Below, one piece after another: positions 18,859 through 30,400 of a stretch of DNA of 64,000 nucleotides (position 1 is its first letter; each line of letters begins with the position of its first letter). Source of the DNA: Candidatus Latescibacterota bacterium (GTDB lineage Bacteria > Latescibacterota > UBA2968). The stretch spans positions 2,848,001-2,912,000 of the forward strand of contig OZ242195.1 in the NCBI GenBank assembly GCA_965205975.1, in the 5' to 3' direction. The position numbers were made by a program, and so were the translations under genes. Under the pieces are notes generated by a model that saw only the letters and a list, made by a program, of their open reading frames with translations, was not told the origin of the DNA and ran no database searches.

Positions 18859-20638
18859 ACTCGATGTCATCATCGCTACCGATTGCGGCAGCACCACCAC
18901 CAAAGCCATCCTGATTGAAAAAAAGGACGATGTCTATCGCCAGACCTATCGAGGCGAAGCACCAACCACAGTTGAAGCTCCCTACGAGGACGTCACGCGC
19001 GGCGTACTCAACGCCATTCAAGAAGTCGAAGAACTCTCCGGCAGACAAATTCTCGACGGCGAAACCATCATCACACCCGCAGAAGACCATCGCGGAGTTG
19101 ACATCTACATTTCCACCAGCAGCGCAGGCGGCGGCCTGCAAATGATGGTCGGCGGTGTCATTCAGGCCATGACCGGCGAAAGCGCACAGCGTTGCGCGCT
19201 CGGCGCAGGTGCAATTGTCATGGACATTCTCGCATCCAACGATGGTCGGCAGCCCCACGAAAAAATCGAACGCATTCGCCAGTTGCGCCCCGATATGGTG
19301 CTCCTTTCGGGCGGCACAGATGGCGGTACTATTTCGCACGTTGTCGAACTGGCCGAATTTATTTCGGCAGCCGATCCCAAACCGCGATTTGGATCTGGAT
19401 ATCAACTGCCCGTCATTTTCGCTGGGAACAAAGATGCTGCACAGGAAATTGAACGCACCCTGGGCGACAAAACAGCCCTCACCGTCACGGAAAATATCCG
19501 CCCCACGCTCGAAGCGGAAAACCTCGGACCTGCTCGCCATGTGATCCACGACCTATTTCTCGAACACGTCATGGCGCAAGCACCTGGCTATCGAAAACTC
19601 ATTTCCTGGACAGGTGCGCCCATCATGCCCACGCCCGGCGCAGTTGGCCTCATGATGCAAACCGTATCCAAACAACAGAATATCAATGTCGTGGGCGTTG
19701 ATATAGGTGGTGCTACCACCGATGTATTCAGCGTCTTCGAAGATATCTTCAACCGCACGGTATCTGCCAACCTCGGCATGTCCTACAGCGTGTCCAACGT
19801 ACTCGCCGAAGCGGGCCTCGACGATGTCATGCGCTGGGTACCTTTCAAAATCGACGAAGCCGACCTGCGGGACCGCATCAAAAACAAAATGATCCGCCCC
19901 ACCACAATTCCGCAAATGCTCGAAGAACTTCAGATCGAACAGGCCATTGCCCGCGAAGCCCTGCGTCTGGCCTTTGTCCAGCACCGCGCACTGGCGGTGG
20001 GGCTCAAAGGCGTACAGGCAGAGCGCACCCTGTCCGATGTATTCGACCAATCCGCAGGCGGCGAAAGCCTCATCAAAATGCGCGACCTCGATCTTCTTGT
20101 CGGAAGCGGCGGCGTTTTATCTCACGCCCCACGTCGAATGCAAACAGCCGCCATGCTCATCGACGCCTTCCAGCCCGAAGGCATCACGCGCCTCGCTGTT
20201 GACAGCATCTTTATGATGCCACACCTCGGCGTGCTCTCATCGGTCAACGAAATCGCCGCCACCCAGGTTTTTGAACGCGATTGCCTCATTTACCTCGGCA
20301 CGTGTATCGCACCCATCGTCCAGGGCAAACAGAGCGCACCTTGTGCGCAATACGAAATCGGCCTTCCTGACGGAACCCAATCGGGCACACTCAATATAGG
20401 CGATCTTCTGCACTTCTCCCTCGAAGCCGATCAAGAAGCACATCTCACCTTACAACCCGAGCACAACACAGACGCAGGTGCCGGACCGGGACGCGAACTG
20501 AACACCACAGTCAAAGGAGGCACCGCCGGGCTAATCCTCGACGGACGCGGTCGTCCCATTATATTTGCCGAAAATCAATCCGAACGCACCGATCAAATAA
20601 GTCGGTGGAGCGAGACCCTCGACCTCTATCCTCGGTAA
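18851..20638 (+). CDS. GlmL (glutamate mutase L)-family actin-like ATPase
   Basis: DCGSTTTK, SSAGGGL, LLSGGTDGG, MPTPGAV, DIGGATTDVFS, RTVSANLGM. Confidence 0.88.
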   Translation: MDKLDVIIATDCGSTTTKAILIEKKDDVYRQTYRGEAPTTVEAPYEDVTRGVLNAIQEVEELSGRQILDGETIITPAEDHRGVDIYISTSSAGGGLQMMVGGVIQAMTGESAQRCALGAGAIVMDILASNDGRQPHEKIERIRQLRPDMVLLSGGTDGGTISHVVELAEFISAADPKPRFGSGYQLPVIFAGNKDAAQEIERTLGDKTALTVTENIRPTLEAENLGPARHVIHDLFLEHVMAQAPGYRKLISWTGAPIMPTPGAVGLMMQTVSKQQNINVVGVDIGGATTDVFSVFEDIFNRTVSANLGMSYSVSNVLAEAGLDDVMRWVPFKIDEADLRDRIKNKMIRPTTIPQMLEELQIEQAIAREALRLAFVQHRALAVGLKGVQAERTLSDVFDQSAGGESLIKMRDLDLLVGSGGVLSHAPRRMQTAAMLIDAFQPEGITRLAVDSIFMMPHLGVLSSVNEIAATQVFERDCLIYLGTCIAPIVQGKQSAPCAQYEIGLPDGTQSGTLNIGDLLHFSLEADQEAHLTLQPEHNTDAGAGPGRELNTTVKGGTAGLILDGRGRPIIFAENQSERTDQISRWSETLDLYPR

Positions 20639-20730
20639 GAGAAAGAACAAGGCTATGATTTAATTTATTTTTCTTGTAAAGTACTCCTCGCATTGTATAT
20701 TCCGTTATCCGTAACCTCAGGTATTACTCT

Positions 20731-21849
20731 ATGGCACACGCATACACACCCGGTCTTCGCGTTACCCCACAGACCCTTCTTCAACGCCAGCGCCAACTTC
20801 CCCTCAAAGGCGAGGTCGTCGTATCACAAGGCGATAGCGTGACGCGCGATCAGGTCGTTGCCCACACGCACCTACCCGGCAACGTCACCACCCTCAACCT
20901 GGTCAACATCTTGAGCTGTACGCCAGAAGAACTGCCCAATTACATGCTCAAAAGTGAAGGCGACCCCGTCGAAGCCAACGAACCCATTGCCGAAACCCGC
21001 CCCTTCATAAAATGGTTTAAAACCACCGTTAAAGCACCTATCAGTGGCACCCTCGAAAACATCTCCAAAATCACCGGGCAGGTCATCTTTCGCGCGCCCC
21101 CGCGCCCCGTTCAGGTACAGGCATACATCGATGGAAACGTGATCGAAATCCTGCCCGAAGAAGGTGTCATTGTCGAAACCACAGGTGCATTTGTGCAGGG
21201 CATCTTTGGCATAGGCGGAGAAACCTGGGGACCTCTACACGTCATCTCCGAGGAGCCAGATCAAATTTTAACCCCCGATCAAATCGACGACTCGTGCGCG
21301 GGTAAAATCCTCGTGGGCGGCAACTTGCTCACCCTTGATGTAATCAACAAAGCGCGGGAAATCGACGCCGTTGGCATCATTGGCGGCGGCATCCGCGATT
21401 CCGATTTGCGCGACATGCTCGGCTACGACCTCGGCGTAGCCATCACCGGCACCGAGAATATCGGCCTCACCGTCATTGTCACCGAAGGCTTTGGCTCCAT
21501 CGCAATGGCGCGCAAAACCTTTGACATACTGAGCGAAAACAACGGCAAAGAGGCCTCGATCTCTGGTGCCACCCAGATCCGCGCCGGAGTTTTGCGTCCC
21601 GAAATCATCATTCCAGAATCCCGCATCCACGAACAAGCCGAAGAATCCGATCATCCGGGCCTCATCGAAGGGGCACTCTTGCGCGTAATTCGCGCACCCC
21701 ATTTTGGTCAGGTGGGAAAAGTCACGGCCCTACCACCCGAACTGCAAACAGTCGAATCCGAAACCCATGTGCGCGTACTCGAAGTAGAATTTGACAATAG
21801 TGACCGCGCCACTGTCCCGCGCGCCAACGTCGAACTCATCCAGGAGTAA
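20731..21849 (+). CDS. Hypothetical protein with barrel-sandwich-hybrid-like repeats and C-terminal SH3/KOW-like segment
   Basis: GEVVVSQGDSV, KSEGDPV, VKAPISG, VRVIRAPHFG-like tail. Confidence 0.8.
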   Translation: MAHAYTPGLRVTPQTLLQRQRQLPLKGEVVVSQGDSVTRDQVVAHTHLPGNVTTLNLVNILSCTPEELPNYMLKSEGDPVEANEPIAETRPFIKWFKTTVKAPISGTLENISKITGQVIFRAPPRPVQVQAYIDGNVIEILPEEGVIVETTGAFVQGIFGIGGETWGPLHVISEEPDQILTPDQIDDSCAGKILVGGNLLTLDVINKAREIDAVGIIGGGIRDSDLRDMLGYDLGVAITGTENIGLTVIVTEGFGSIAMARKTFDILSENNGKEASISGATQIRAGVLRPEIIIPESRIHEQAEESDHPGLIEGALLRVIRAPHFGQVGKVTALPPELQTVESETHVRVLEVEFDNSDRATVPRANVELIQE

Positions 21850-21872
21850 ACGACTCCATCGGGAGATTGCGT

Positions 21873-23081
21873 ATGAGATATTTTTTAATCTGCATCACAC
21901 TCGTGCTTTGCACAGCACAGGTGCATGCACAACAACCCACCGGTGTCAAAGCCGAAGACACCCCCAACGACTCGGGAGGCAGCATCACCGTCACCTGGGA
22001 CTACCCAGAATCCTATGAGAAAATCGAACAAATCAGATACGTAATTTACGTTAGCGAATCTGAAAATGGACCTTTTCATTCTGCCAAGATCAACGCGGGA
22101 GATTTGCAATCCAGCGATCCAGCCACCTTTGGGCATGGCGAAGAAACATTCCACAAGTTTTTTGCCAAAATCTCCGTATATGTTGATCCTGCTGACCCAT
22201 CTAAAAGAATCGCCATAGAAAATGGTAAAACCTATTATGTACAGGTCACGGCCCACCTCCCATCTGGCGGATCATTTCCCTCTGCAATCGCGAGCGCAGA
22301 AGCTTATCAAAATTTTTTCAACCAGGCCAAAACCAATAACTTCGTTATCGGCACAATCTTCTCTCTCATCATTTTGATCAGCATTTTCCTCGCCCAAAAA
22401 CGCGAACTCTTCATCCGGCGCATCGCCGGTCTCGAAGCACTCGACGAAGCCCTCGGTCGCGCCACTGAAATGGGCAAACCCGTGCTCTTTGCACACGGAT
22501 TGGCGTCTATGGGCAGCGTATCGACCATTGCAGCAATCAATGTGCTTTCCCGTGTGGCCAATCGCACTGCCGAATTTAACACCGAATTGCGCGTAGCCAA
22601 CAATGACCCCGTCGTCATGGCCGTGAGTCAAGAGGTCGTCAAAGAATCCTATCTCAACGCCGGTCGTCCCGATGCCTACTCAGAAGACTCGGTCTTTATG
22701 GTCGCCACCGAGCAATTCAGCTATGCCGCAGCCCTCGACGGCATGATGGTGCGCGATAGACCTGCCACCAATATCATGATGGGCTACTTCTTTGCCGAAT
22801 CTCTGCTTTTAGCAGAAACGGGTGCTTCCATAGGTGCGATCCAGATCGCAGGTACTGACGCTTATACGCAGTTGCCCTTTTTCATCACTACCTGTGACTA
22901 TACGCTCATGGGCGAAGAACTCTATGCTGCAAGCGCGTATCTTTCCCGAGAACCCAAATTGCTGGGCAGCCTTAAAGGGCAGGACATCGGTAAAGCAGTG
23001 CTCTTGATCGCCATGATTTTGGGCACACTTCTGGCGACTCTTGAAATTCAAACACTCACGCATATTTTTACCGCATATTAA
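21873..23081 (+). CDS. DUF6754-like membrane protein with signal peptide and FN3-like N-terminal domain
   Basis: Signal peptide, DTPNDSGGSITVTW, TM, IRRIAGL..QIAGT..QLPFF..CDY..GEELYAASAY. Confidence 0.8.
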   Translation: MRYFLICITLVLCTAQVHAQQPTGVKAEDTPNDSGGSITVTWDYPESYEKIEQIRYVIYVSESENGPFHSAKINAGDLQSSDPATFGHGEETFHKFFAKISVYVDPADPSKRIAIENGKTYYVQVTAHLPSGGSFPSAIASAEAYQNFFNQAKTNNFVIGTIFSLIILISIFLAQKRELFIRRIAGLEALDEALGRATEMGKPVLFAHGLASMGSVSTIAAINVLSRVANRTAEFNTELRVANNDPVVMAVSQEVVKESYLNAGRPDAYSEDSVFMVATEQFSYAAALDGMMVRDRPATNIMMGYFFAESLLLAETGASIGAIQIAGTDAYTQLPFFITTCDYTLMGEELYAASAYLSREPKLLGSLKGQDIGKAVLLIAMILGTLLATLEIQTLTHIFTAY

Positions 23082-23096
23082 GCAGGGGATTCTTTC

Positions 23097-23756
23097 ATGC
23101 TTTTTTTAAGACGCACACTACCGCTAATCATCGCCTTTGTTCTGGGTATGATTGGCATTCTCGTTTTCTATATCCCACACAGCGGTGCCCAGGCTCTTGA
23201 ACAAGAATTGACAAAATGGGATCGCATTGTCGCTGCTTTTGCTATGGTGTTGGGCATCTACAGCTTGATGCGCTTGCACTGGAGCCGCGTGCGGCGGCAA
23301 CATGCAGGATGGGCATATAGCTTTCTGGTTTTTGTCGGTTTCACGGTCATGTTTATTTTTTCCATCTACAATGATGGACAAGGTCCTTTCAACTCCCAGG
23401 TCATTGATTCAGGTCCTTTTGTGTGGATGTTTGATAATGTGCAGGTACCAGCCGATGCCACCATGTTCTCCATCCTCGCGTTTTTCATTGCATCTGCAGC
23501 CTATCGCACCTTTCGCGCACGCACACCCGAAGCGGCAATTCTGCTCGTATCCGCCATTATCGTGATGATCGGTCGTGTACCCATTGGCGCGTCAATTTAT
23601 CAGGGGCTTCCCGAAATTGCCCAATGGATGATGGATGTGCCAAATCTGGCAGCCAAACGCGGCATCTTGCTCGGCGTCAGTCTTGGCATTGTTGCAACGT
23701 CATTGCGCATCATCTTTGGCATTGAACGCTCTTATCTCGGCGGAGGTGAAGAATGA
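23097..23756 (+). CDS. Multi-pass membrane protein
   Basis: About six hydrophobic segments; ATMFSILAFFIASAAYRTFRAR. Confidence 0.85.
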   Translation: MLFLRRTLPLIIAFVLGMIGILVFYIPHSGAQALEQELTKWDRIVAAFAMVLGIYSLMRLHWSRVRRQHAGWAYSFLVFVGFTVMFIFSIYNDGQGPFNSQVIDSGPFVWMFDNVQVPADATMFSILAFFIASAAYRTFRARTPEAAILLVSAIIVMIGRVPIGASIYQGLPEIAQWMMDVPNLAAKRGILLGVSLGIVATSLRIIFGIERSYLGGGEE

Positions 23757-24583
23757 AAGAATTATTGCTCAATATCGACCGCCGAATCATCTTTGTTTTT
23801 GTCGCGCTCGGCGTCATCATTCCCTCGTTGGCTACCTTGCGCTTGCCTATTCCCGTTACCAAAGATGTGAAAGCGATTTACGACACTATCGAAGAAGTCG
23901 GAGCAAAAAACGGCACTGTACTCATCTCCTTTGACTACGGCCCTGGCTCCATGCCCGAAGTACAGCCCATGGCCCTTGCTGTTTTGCGCCACTGTTTCAA
24001 GCGCAACGTCAAAGTAGTGGGCATGTGCCTTTGGCCCCAGGCGGTGGGGCTGGCCCAACAAGCCCTCGATAAAGCCTCACAAGAACTGGAGACCGAATAC
24101 GGCAGCGACTATGTCTTTCTCGGATTTAAAACCGGATTCCAGTCCCTGGTTATCAACATGGGCCACGATTTTCACGGCACTTTCCCACAAGATTTGCATG
24201 GCAACAACACAACTGAATTACCTGTCACCCAAAATATAAAGGGCTTGGCGAACTTCGACTATGTGATCTGCCTGGCAGCGGGCAACACACCAGATGGTAT
24301 CTGGATACCCTACGGACAAGAACGCTACAAATTCAAATTTGGCATTGGCTGTACCGCTGTGATGGCACCCGATCAATATCCCTATTTGCAATCGGGCCAA
24401 ATGAACGGCATGATGGGAGGATTAGCCGGTGCCGCCGAATATGAAACCCTGATTGAAACATCGGACAAAGCCACCGCAGGCATGGGTGCACAGTCCTTTG
24501 TCCATCTCATCATCATCGCCTTCATCATCCTGGGCAATGTAATGTACTTCCTCTATGGTCGGCAGAAAGGTGGTGCCCAGTGA
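23753..24583 (+). CDS. Membrane-anchored hypothetical protein
   Basis: N- and C-terminal TM; DYGPG, YPYLQSGQ, GGLAGAAEYE; ATGA overlap with previous gene. Confidence 0.85.
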   Translation: MKELLLNIDRRIIFVFVALGVIIPSLATLRLPIPVTKDVKAIYDTIEEVGAKNGTVLISFDYGPGSMPEVQPMALAVLRHCFKRNVKVVGMCLWPQAVGLAQQALDKASQELETEYGSDYVFLGFKTGFQSLVINMGHDFHGTFPQDLHGNNTTELPVTQNIKGLANFDYVICLAAGNTPDGIWIPYGQERYKFKFGIGCTAVMAPDQYPYLQSGQMNGMMGGLAGAAEYETLIETSDKATAGMGAQSFVHLIIIAFIILGNVMYFLYGRQKGGAQ

Positions 24584-25311
24584 GCCGCGATCATATAATT
24601 TTTATTGTCTTCTTGTTCATCTTTGCTGTCGTCAATATTATTCTCTTCATTTCTGGTCGCCTATCTGCGGATTGGACCGGCTTTGGCACATTTATCGCCG
24701 CTGGCATTACCCTGTCGCTTTACAGCTTTCTCTACAAGGACAATCCTCTCTTCAAATTTGCCGAAAATCTCTATGTGGGTGTAGCAGCCGCATACACACT
24801 CAATCAAATATGGTACACAGTACTTTTGGCCGATGTCGTGGAGCCCCTCTCCAAACTCAACAGCGAAAGTATGGGCAACTTGTGGCTCATCGTGCCCACA
24901 TTGCTCGGCCTTTTTATGCTCACCCAACTCTCCTCGGCGAAATTTAGCTGGCTCAGCCGCATTGCATTCGCCTTTGTGGTCGGCCTGGGGGCGGGACTGG
25001 CTATTCCACGCACCATTTCGGCCAATTTGTTGGCACAAATACAGCCCACCATGGGACCTATAACAGCCGATCTGGCTGGATTCAATCTATTTATTATTCT
25101 GGTCGGCGTCGTTACAGTACTCGTGTATTTCTTTTACTCTGTCGAACACACTGGCCCCGTCGGTGTAGCGTCAAAAATTGGTATCTGGTTCCTCATGATC
25201 TCATTTGGCGCGTCATTTGGCTACACCATCATGGCGCGTCTTTCACTGCTGATTGGGCGCGTCGGGTTCCTACTCGAAGACTGGCTCGTGCTCCCATTGC
25301 CTTTATTTTGA
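24580..25311 (+). CDS. Multi-pass membrane protein
   Basis: Hydrophobic; YSFLYKDNPLFKFAE, MISFGASFGYTIMARL; GTGA overlap. Confidence 0.85.
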   Translation: MSRDHIIFIVFLFIFAVVNIILFISGRLSADWTGFGTFIAAGITLSLYSFLYKDNPLFKFAENLYVGVAAAYTLNQIWYTVLLADVVEPLSKLNSESMGNLWLIVPTLLGLFMLTQLSSAKFSWLSRIAFAFVVGLGAGLAIPRTISANLLAQIQPTMGPITADLAGFNLFIILVGVVTVLVYFFYSVEHTGPVGVASKIGIWFLMISFGASFGYTIMARLSLLIGRVGFLLEDWLVLPLPLF

Positions 25312-25398
25312 TTCGAAGAGAAGCGCGTGTCCATCCGCGCATCTCCCAAAAAAACGGGAACGTTCAAACCCATATAGAAGTCCAAAGAAAAATCGTAC

Positions 25399-26361
25399 AT
25401 GCCCAATTCCGTGCTGACAGTTAACAACCTCCAAACGCATTTTCATACAGACAGCGGAACAGCGAGGGCGGTAGATGGCGTATCATTCACACTCAACAAG
25501 GGCGAAACTTATGGCCTTGTTGGTGAATCGGGGTGCGGAAAAAGTGTCACTTCGCTGTCAATCATGCGATTGGTGCCTCATCCTGGCCGCATTGAAAGTG
25601 GGCATATTTTTTTTCAAGACAGAGACCTGGTATCTCTTTCAGATACTGAAATGCGCGACATACGCGGCAATGACATTGCCATGATCTTTCAGGAACCCAT
25701 GACCAGCCTCAACCCGGTTTACACCTGTGGGTTCCAGATTGACGAAGCCGTGAGGCGGCATCAGGGATTAGAAAAAACAGAAGCGCGAAAAAAAACAGTT
25801 GAAATGCTCCACCTCGTGGGCCTTCCCGATCCCGAACAACGCGCAAACGAATACCCGCACCAGTTATCTGGCGGGCAACGCCAGCGCGTGATGATCGCCA
25901 TGGCCCTCTCGTGCAATCCCAAAGTGCTGATAGCCGACGAACCCACAACAGCACTCGATGTCACCATACAAGCGCAAATCCTGGATTTATTGCGCGACTT
26001 GCAGCAACAACTCGGCATGGCAGTCCTGCTCATCACACACGATTTGGGCGTTATTGCCGAAGCCGCCGATCAAGTCGCGGTCATGTACGCAGGCAAAATT
26101 GTAGAAACTGGTCCGGCAGACGCGATTTTTCACAACCCCAAGCATCCTTACACGCAGGGGTTACTCGCATCGGTCCCCCGTCTGGACATCGCGAACAATC
26201 GCCTCAAAACTATTCCGGGCACTGTTCCCGAAGCCACGCAATTTCCATCGGGATGTCGATTTGCGGATCGCTGTGAAAAGGTCGATTCAATTTGTCGGGA
26301 AACCACACCACAATTGCAAACAATTAGCGGCAACCACCAGACCGCGTGTTGGATGACATAA
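25399..26361 (+). CDS. oppD: Oligopeptide/dipeptide ABC ATPase (OppD-like)
   Basis: [27 protein letters not shown]-terminal Cys domain. Confidence 0.93.
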   Translation: MPNSVLTVNNLQTHFHTDSGTARAVDGVSFTLNKGETYGLVGESGCGKSVTSLSIMRLVPHPGRIESGHIFFQDRDLVSLSDTEMRDIRGNDIAMIFQEPMTSLNPVYTCGFQIDEAVRRHQGLEKTEARKKTVEMLHLVGLPDPEQRANEYPHQLSGGQRQRVMIAMALSCNPKVLIADEPTTALDVTIQAQILDLLRDLQQQLGMAVLLITHDLGVIAEAADQVAVMYAGKIVETGPADAIFHNPKHPYTQGLLASVPRLDIANNRLKTIPGTVPEATQFPSGCRFADRCEKVDSICRETTPQLQTISGNHQTACWMT

Positions 26362-26372
26362 GGCGAGAAATA

Positions 26373-27323
26373 TTGCTTCTTCAAGTACAAAATCTAAAAA
26401 AACACTACCCCATTTCTCAGGGACTTTGGGGGCGCAACGCCGGGCATGTCAAAGCAGTAGATGACGTGAGTTTCGATATCTCCCCCGGCGAAACCCTCGG
26501 CCTGGTCGGCGAATCGGGATGCGGAAAAACGACAACTGGACGCGCCATCTTGCGCCTTATTGATGTGACATCGGGCACCGTGCGATTCAAAAATACCGAC
26601 ATTCTCTCCCTAGACAAAAAACAACTTCGAGCACTGCGGCGGCATATGCAAATCATCTTTCAGGATCCTTACGGATCTCTAAACCCCCGTCTCACCATCG
26701 GCGGCATCCTCTCGGAACCCTTGAAAATCCACGGTGACCGAACAAAAGATCGAGTCGCCGACCTGCTCAACACCGTGGGCTTATCTCCCGACGTCGCGCG
26801 CCGATATCCGCACGAATTTTCCGGTGGACAGCGACAGCGCATTGGCATTGCCCGCGCATTGGCAGTAAAACCGCAATTCATTATCGCGGACGAACCCGTA
26901 TCTGCACTCGACGTATCGATTCAGGCTCAAATAGTAAACTTACTCCAGGATTTGCAGGCTCAGTTTGGCCTTTCATATCTCTTTATCGCTCACGACCTGA
27001 GCGTGGTCAAACACATCTCCAACCGCGTGGCAGTCATGTATCTGGGCAAAATTGTCGAACTGGCCGAAAGCCAGGTACTCTACGAGAATCCGCAGCATCC
27101 CTATACGCGCGCATTGCTCTCATCAATCCCCATACCCGATCCGCGCGTCAGGGGATCGCGCACCATTTTAACAGGCGACGTGCCCAGCCCGGTTAACGTA
27201 CCTTCGGGCTGTGCATTTCATCCGCGCTGTCCCGAAGCAACGCCGGACTGCGCCCACCGCAAACCCGAACTCTTAGACATTGAACCCGGCCACAGCGTGG
27301 CCTGTATCTTGCGGCACAATTAG
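26373..27323 (+). CDS. oppF: Oligopeptide/dipeptide ABC ATPase (OppF-like)
   Basis: [32 protein letters not shown] start inferred. Confidence 0.93.
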   Translation: MLLQVQNLKKHYPISQGLWGRNAGHVKAVDDVSFDISPGETLGLVGESGCGKTTTGRAILRLIDVTSGTVRFKNTDILSLDKKQLRALRRHMQIIFQDPYGSLNPRLTIGGILSEPLKIHGDRTKDRVADLLNTVGLSPDVARRYPHEFSGGQRQRIGIARALAVKPQFIIADEPVSALDVSIQAQIVNLLQDLQAQFGLSYLFIAHDLSVVKHISNRVAVMYLGKIVELAESQVLYENPQHPYTRALLSSIPIPDPRVRGSRTILTGDVPSPVNVPSGCAFHPRCPEATPDCAHRKPELLDIEPGHSVACILRHN

Positions 27324-27433
27324 AGACGAATAGACGAATAGACGAATAGACGAACCCCGCTCCACCCACCAAAATCACTACAAGCTTCGATTCGTTGATT
27401 CGTTGATTCGCTGATTCGTTCAATCCACCCACC
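27324..27433. repeat. Inverted 8-bp tandem arrays (agacgaat)4 and (gattcgtt)4
   Basis: Seen directly; the second array is flanked by direct copies of tccacccacc. Confidence 0.85.
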
Positions 27434-27450
27434 ATTTCAAGGAGTCATAA

Positions 27451-30400
27451 GTGAAGGTCTTAAAAATTTTAACGATGCTGTGTCTCACCGGCCTCATATC
27501 CCACACCGCCCTGGCACAGCCCCCCTCTTTAGGTCCCGCCAAAGCCATTGGGGTTGACCTTGCCAATACCCCGTTAAACCGTCCGTCCCCCGACCAAAAA
27601 AGCTACACCTATTGGAAACCCGAAACAGTCGATGGCTTTTTCCCCTCGCTTTTGGGACTGCGGACAGCTGGCGCTCGGATGATTCGCACCAGATATTTCA
27701 ACATCTACTTCTCTACTGCTGAAAAAACCGCCCGCCAAATTGCCGACTTCTGCGATGAGGTTCTGTCAAATCTCATGCGCCATTACCCCACCTTTGTCGA
27801 TCGCATTGCACCCATCCACGTCGTCGTTGACGATCAGGCGGATTATTTGGGCAATGCCTTTGCCGTGTACAGTGCCAATTACATCCACTTTTGGACCAAC
27901 CCCATTGACTGGGAAATCCGCGGCACCAGCGACTGGGTACGCAATGTTTTTGTCCACGAACTCGCCCACATCGTAACATTAAAAGCCGCCTATAAGGGCC
28001 TGCCATTTCAAATTGGCATAGTCAACGCCTCTCGCGCCAATGAAAATCCCGACTTTAGCTTTACACTCGGCCTGTATCACCTCGCCATGAATTCGGGTTT
28101 TGCCGAAGGCATCTCGCAATACGAAGCCACCGAATACGGTGACGACCACTGGGACACACACCGCGATATGCTCCTGCGCATGGCCGCGCTCGAAAATGAT
28201 CTGCTCTCCCTATCCAGCATGGGACAACTCGGCGGCAAGGGCAATTTCCACGGTGAAATGGTCTATAATCAGGGATATGCCATACTCAACTACATTGGCG
28301 AACGCTTTAGCCCCGCTGTTGTCAGACAAATTTTTGAACACAGACCGATTATCAACTTCAACTCCTCGCTAAAAAAAGCCACAGGCGTATCGGCCAAACA
28401 ACTCTACCGCGATTGGAAAACGCATATTGGGGAACAATACGGCGCGGTTCAAAGCGGCATCCAGGAAGCCGGCGAACGCGAAGGCGAATTGATCGTGGAT
28501 AGAGGCGGTTTGGACTATCACCCGGTCTATTCCCCGCAAGGCGATAAGCTGGGCTTTATCTCCAACGACGACAGCGACTATTTCATTACCGAACTCAAAG
28601 TGATGGATCTGGCCACAAAAAAAGTCAAAAAAATAGCCGACCGCGTAGATAATCGCTTTGTCTGGACAGCCAGCGGCGACAGCCTGATGTACATCAAAGC
28701 CGTAGGCGCGCGTTGGGACATCTTCACATACAACTTAAAAACGAAAAAAGAAACCCGCGTCACCGTTGGTCTGCGCGGCAAAGACCCCACCCTCTCACCC
28801 GACGGCAAACAAATCGCCTTTGTAACCATGAGAGATGGCACAGCGAACATCGGCCTTGTAAACACCGACGGCACCGATGTGCGATACCTCACACATAACA
28901 ACGACGCCACACAGTATTTTGGCCCAAAATGGTCGCCCGACGGCAAACACCTGCTCTTCAGTGTATTCCGCACAGGCGAAGACCGCGACATTGCCATTAT
29001 CGACGTGGATGCCACAACCTGGGAAAAGAAAAAGGGCCGGCGCTCGCTAAAGAAAGAAGAAGTTGACACACAACTCGACAGCCTCCAGCAGGCAAAGGCC
29101 GACAGCCTCAAGGCATTTCCCGATAGCCTCGCCTATGCCAACAATGCCAACTTCAAAGCCATTGTACACTCCACAGCCGACGAACGAGACCCCGTCTGGC
29201 TACCCGATGGCAGTGGGTTTGTCTTCAGTTCAGACCGTACGGGCATCTTCAACCTCTACACCCACGACATGGCGACCGGGGAACAAAAGCAACTGACCAA
29301 TGTTGTCGGCGGCGCGTTTTTGCCCACTATTTCTCCCGATGCCAAAGACGTAATCTACGCAGGATATCACGCAGCGAACTACAACCTCTATCGCATACCC
29401 CTATCCGAGGCCGTTGCCGTCGATCCCCCCGAAGGTGTTGAGCGGGACTACGCCGAGATTTACAACGGCAAATCCATCACCGAACTTCACGACATCGGGA
29501 GGTACTCCACGCGCCTCGTCTCCTACGGCATCACACCCATCGCATTGCTGGGTCCCACATTTATCGGCAACCGATTCGGCCTGGATCAACTCAGCGCGGG
29601 TGTTCAATGGGCCTGGGGCGACCTGCTCGGCAGCGACGTTTTTGTAACCACCGCCCTGATCGGCAAAAACTTCAGACGGCAACAAGACTTCAACTCGGAA
29701 TTTGCCTTCTACTACCAGAACAGCCTCACCCCCATTCTATCTGAACAAAGCACGTATGTCCCCCGCATCTTCTTTGGAGGCAGCAGGCAAACCATCAACA
29801 GCATCGTGGATTTGGGAACCGTCCAAACCGTGCGCGATACACTGAGCGGCACATTGATCACCCAAAACGACGAAGGACAACAGGTTTTAATCCCCAATGT
29901 CACGCAGCACTTAGACCTCACGGTCACAGAAGAAGACGATTTTAAGGATGTATTCTCCGATTTTACGGTAGGCGCCGAAATGGGGGTAGGCCGCGGACAC
30001 TATTTCAGTCTGGCCTATGGCTACCGCAAGTATTCTGAAAACTTGCACGCCGTTCAGGTCCTCCACGACAGCTCTCGCGTCTTTCAGACCGATTTAGGGA
30101 CAGGTGAGGTTGAAGACATTACCGATCAGATCCCCGGTCCGGGCTATGCATCGCAGGAAACCCTTCTCGACGATTTTCTCTACAAAGAGCTCGACTTCTT
30201 CAAAAGTAACGAATGGATGGGTGGTTGGAGCTACATCACCCTCAAACCCGCAACCGACCTCTACATCAACCCGTCGGGTGGTCGCGCATTATCCTTCCGC
30301 TATCGGCGCATCAACGCAACCGTGATAGATTCGCTGGCCCGCACGCCAGATCTGGATGAAGACTTTACCCCAGACCCCATCGGCGAAGACCTGTCACCCG

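Noticed and set aside
18851..20638. DNA mismatch-repair MutL
   Set aside because: Name overlap only. The motifs are actin-like (DxGSTTTK, DIGGATTD), not GHKL.
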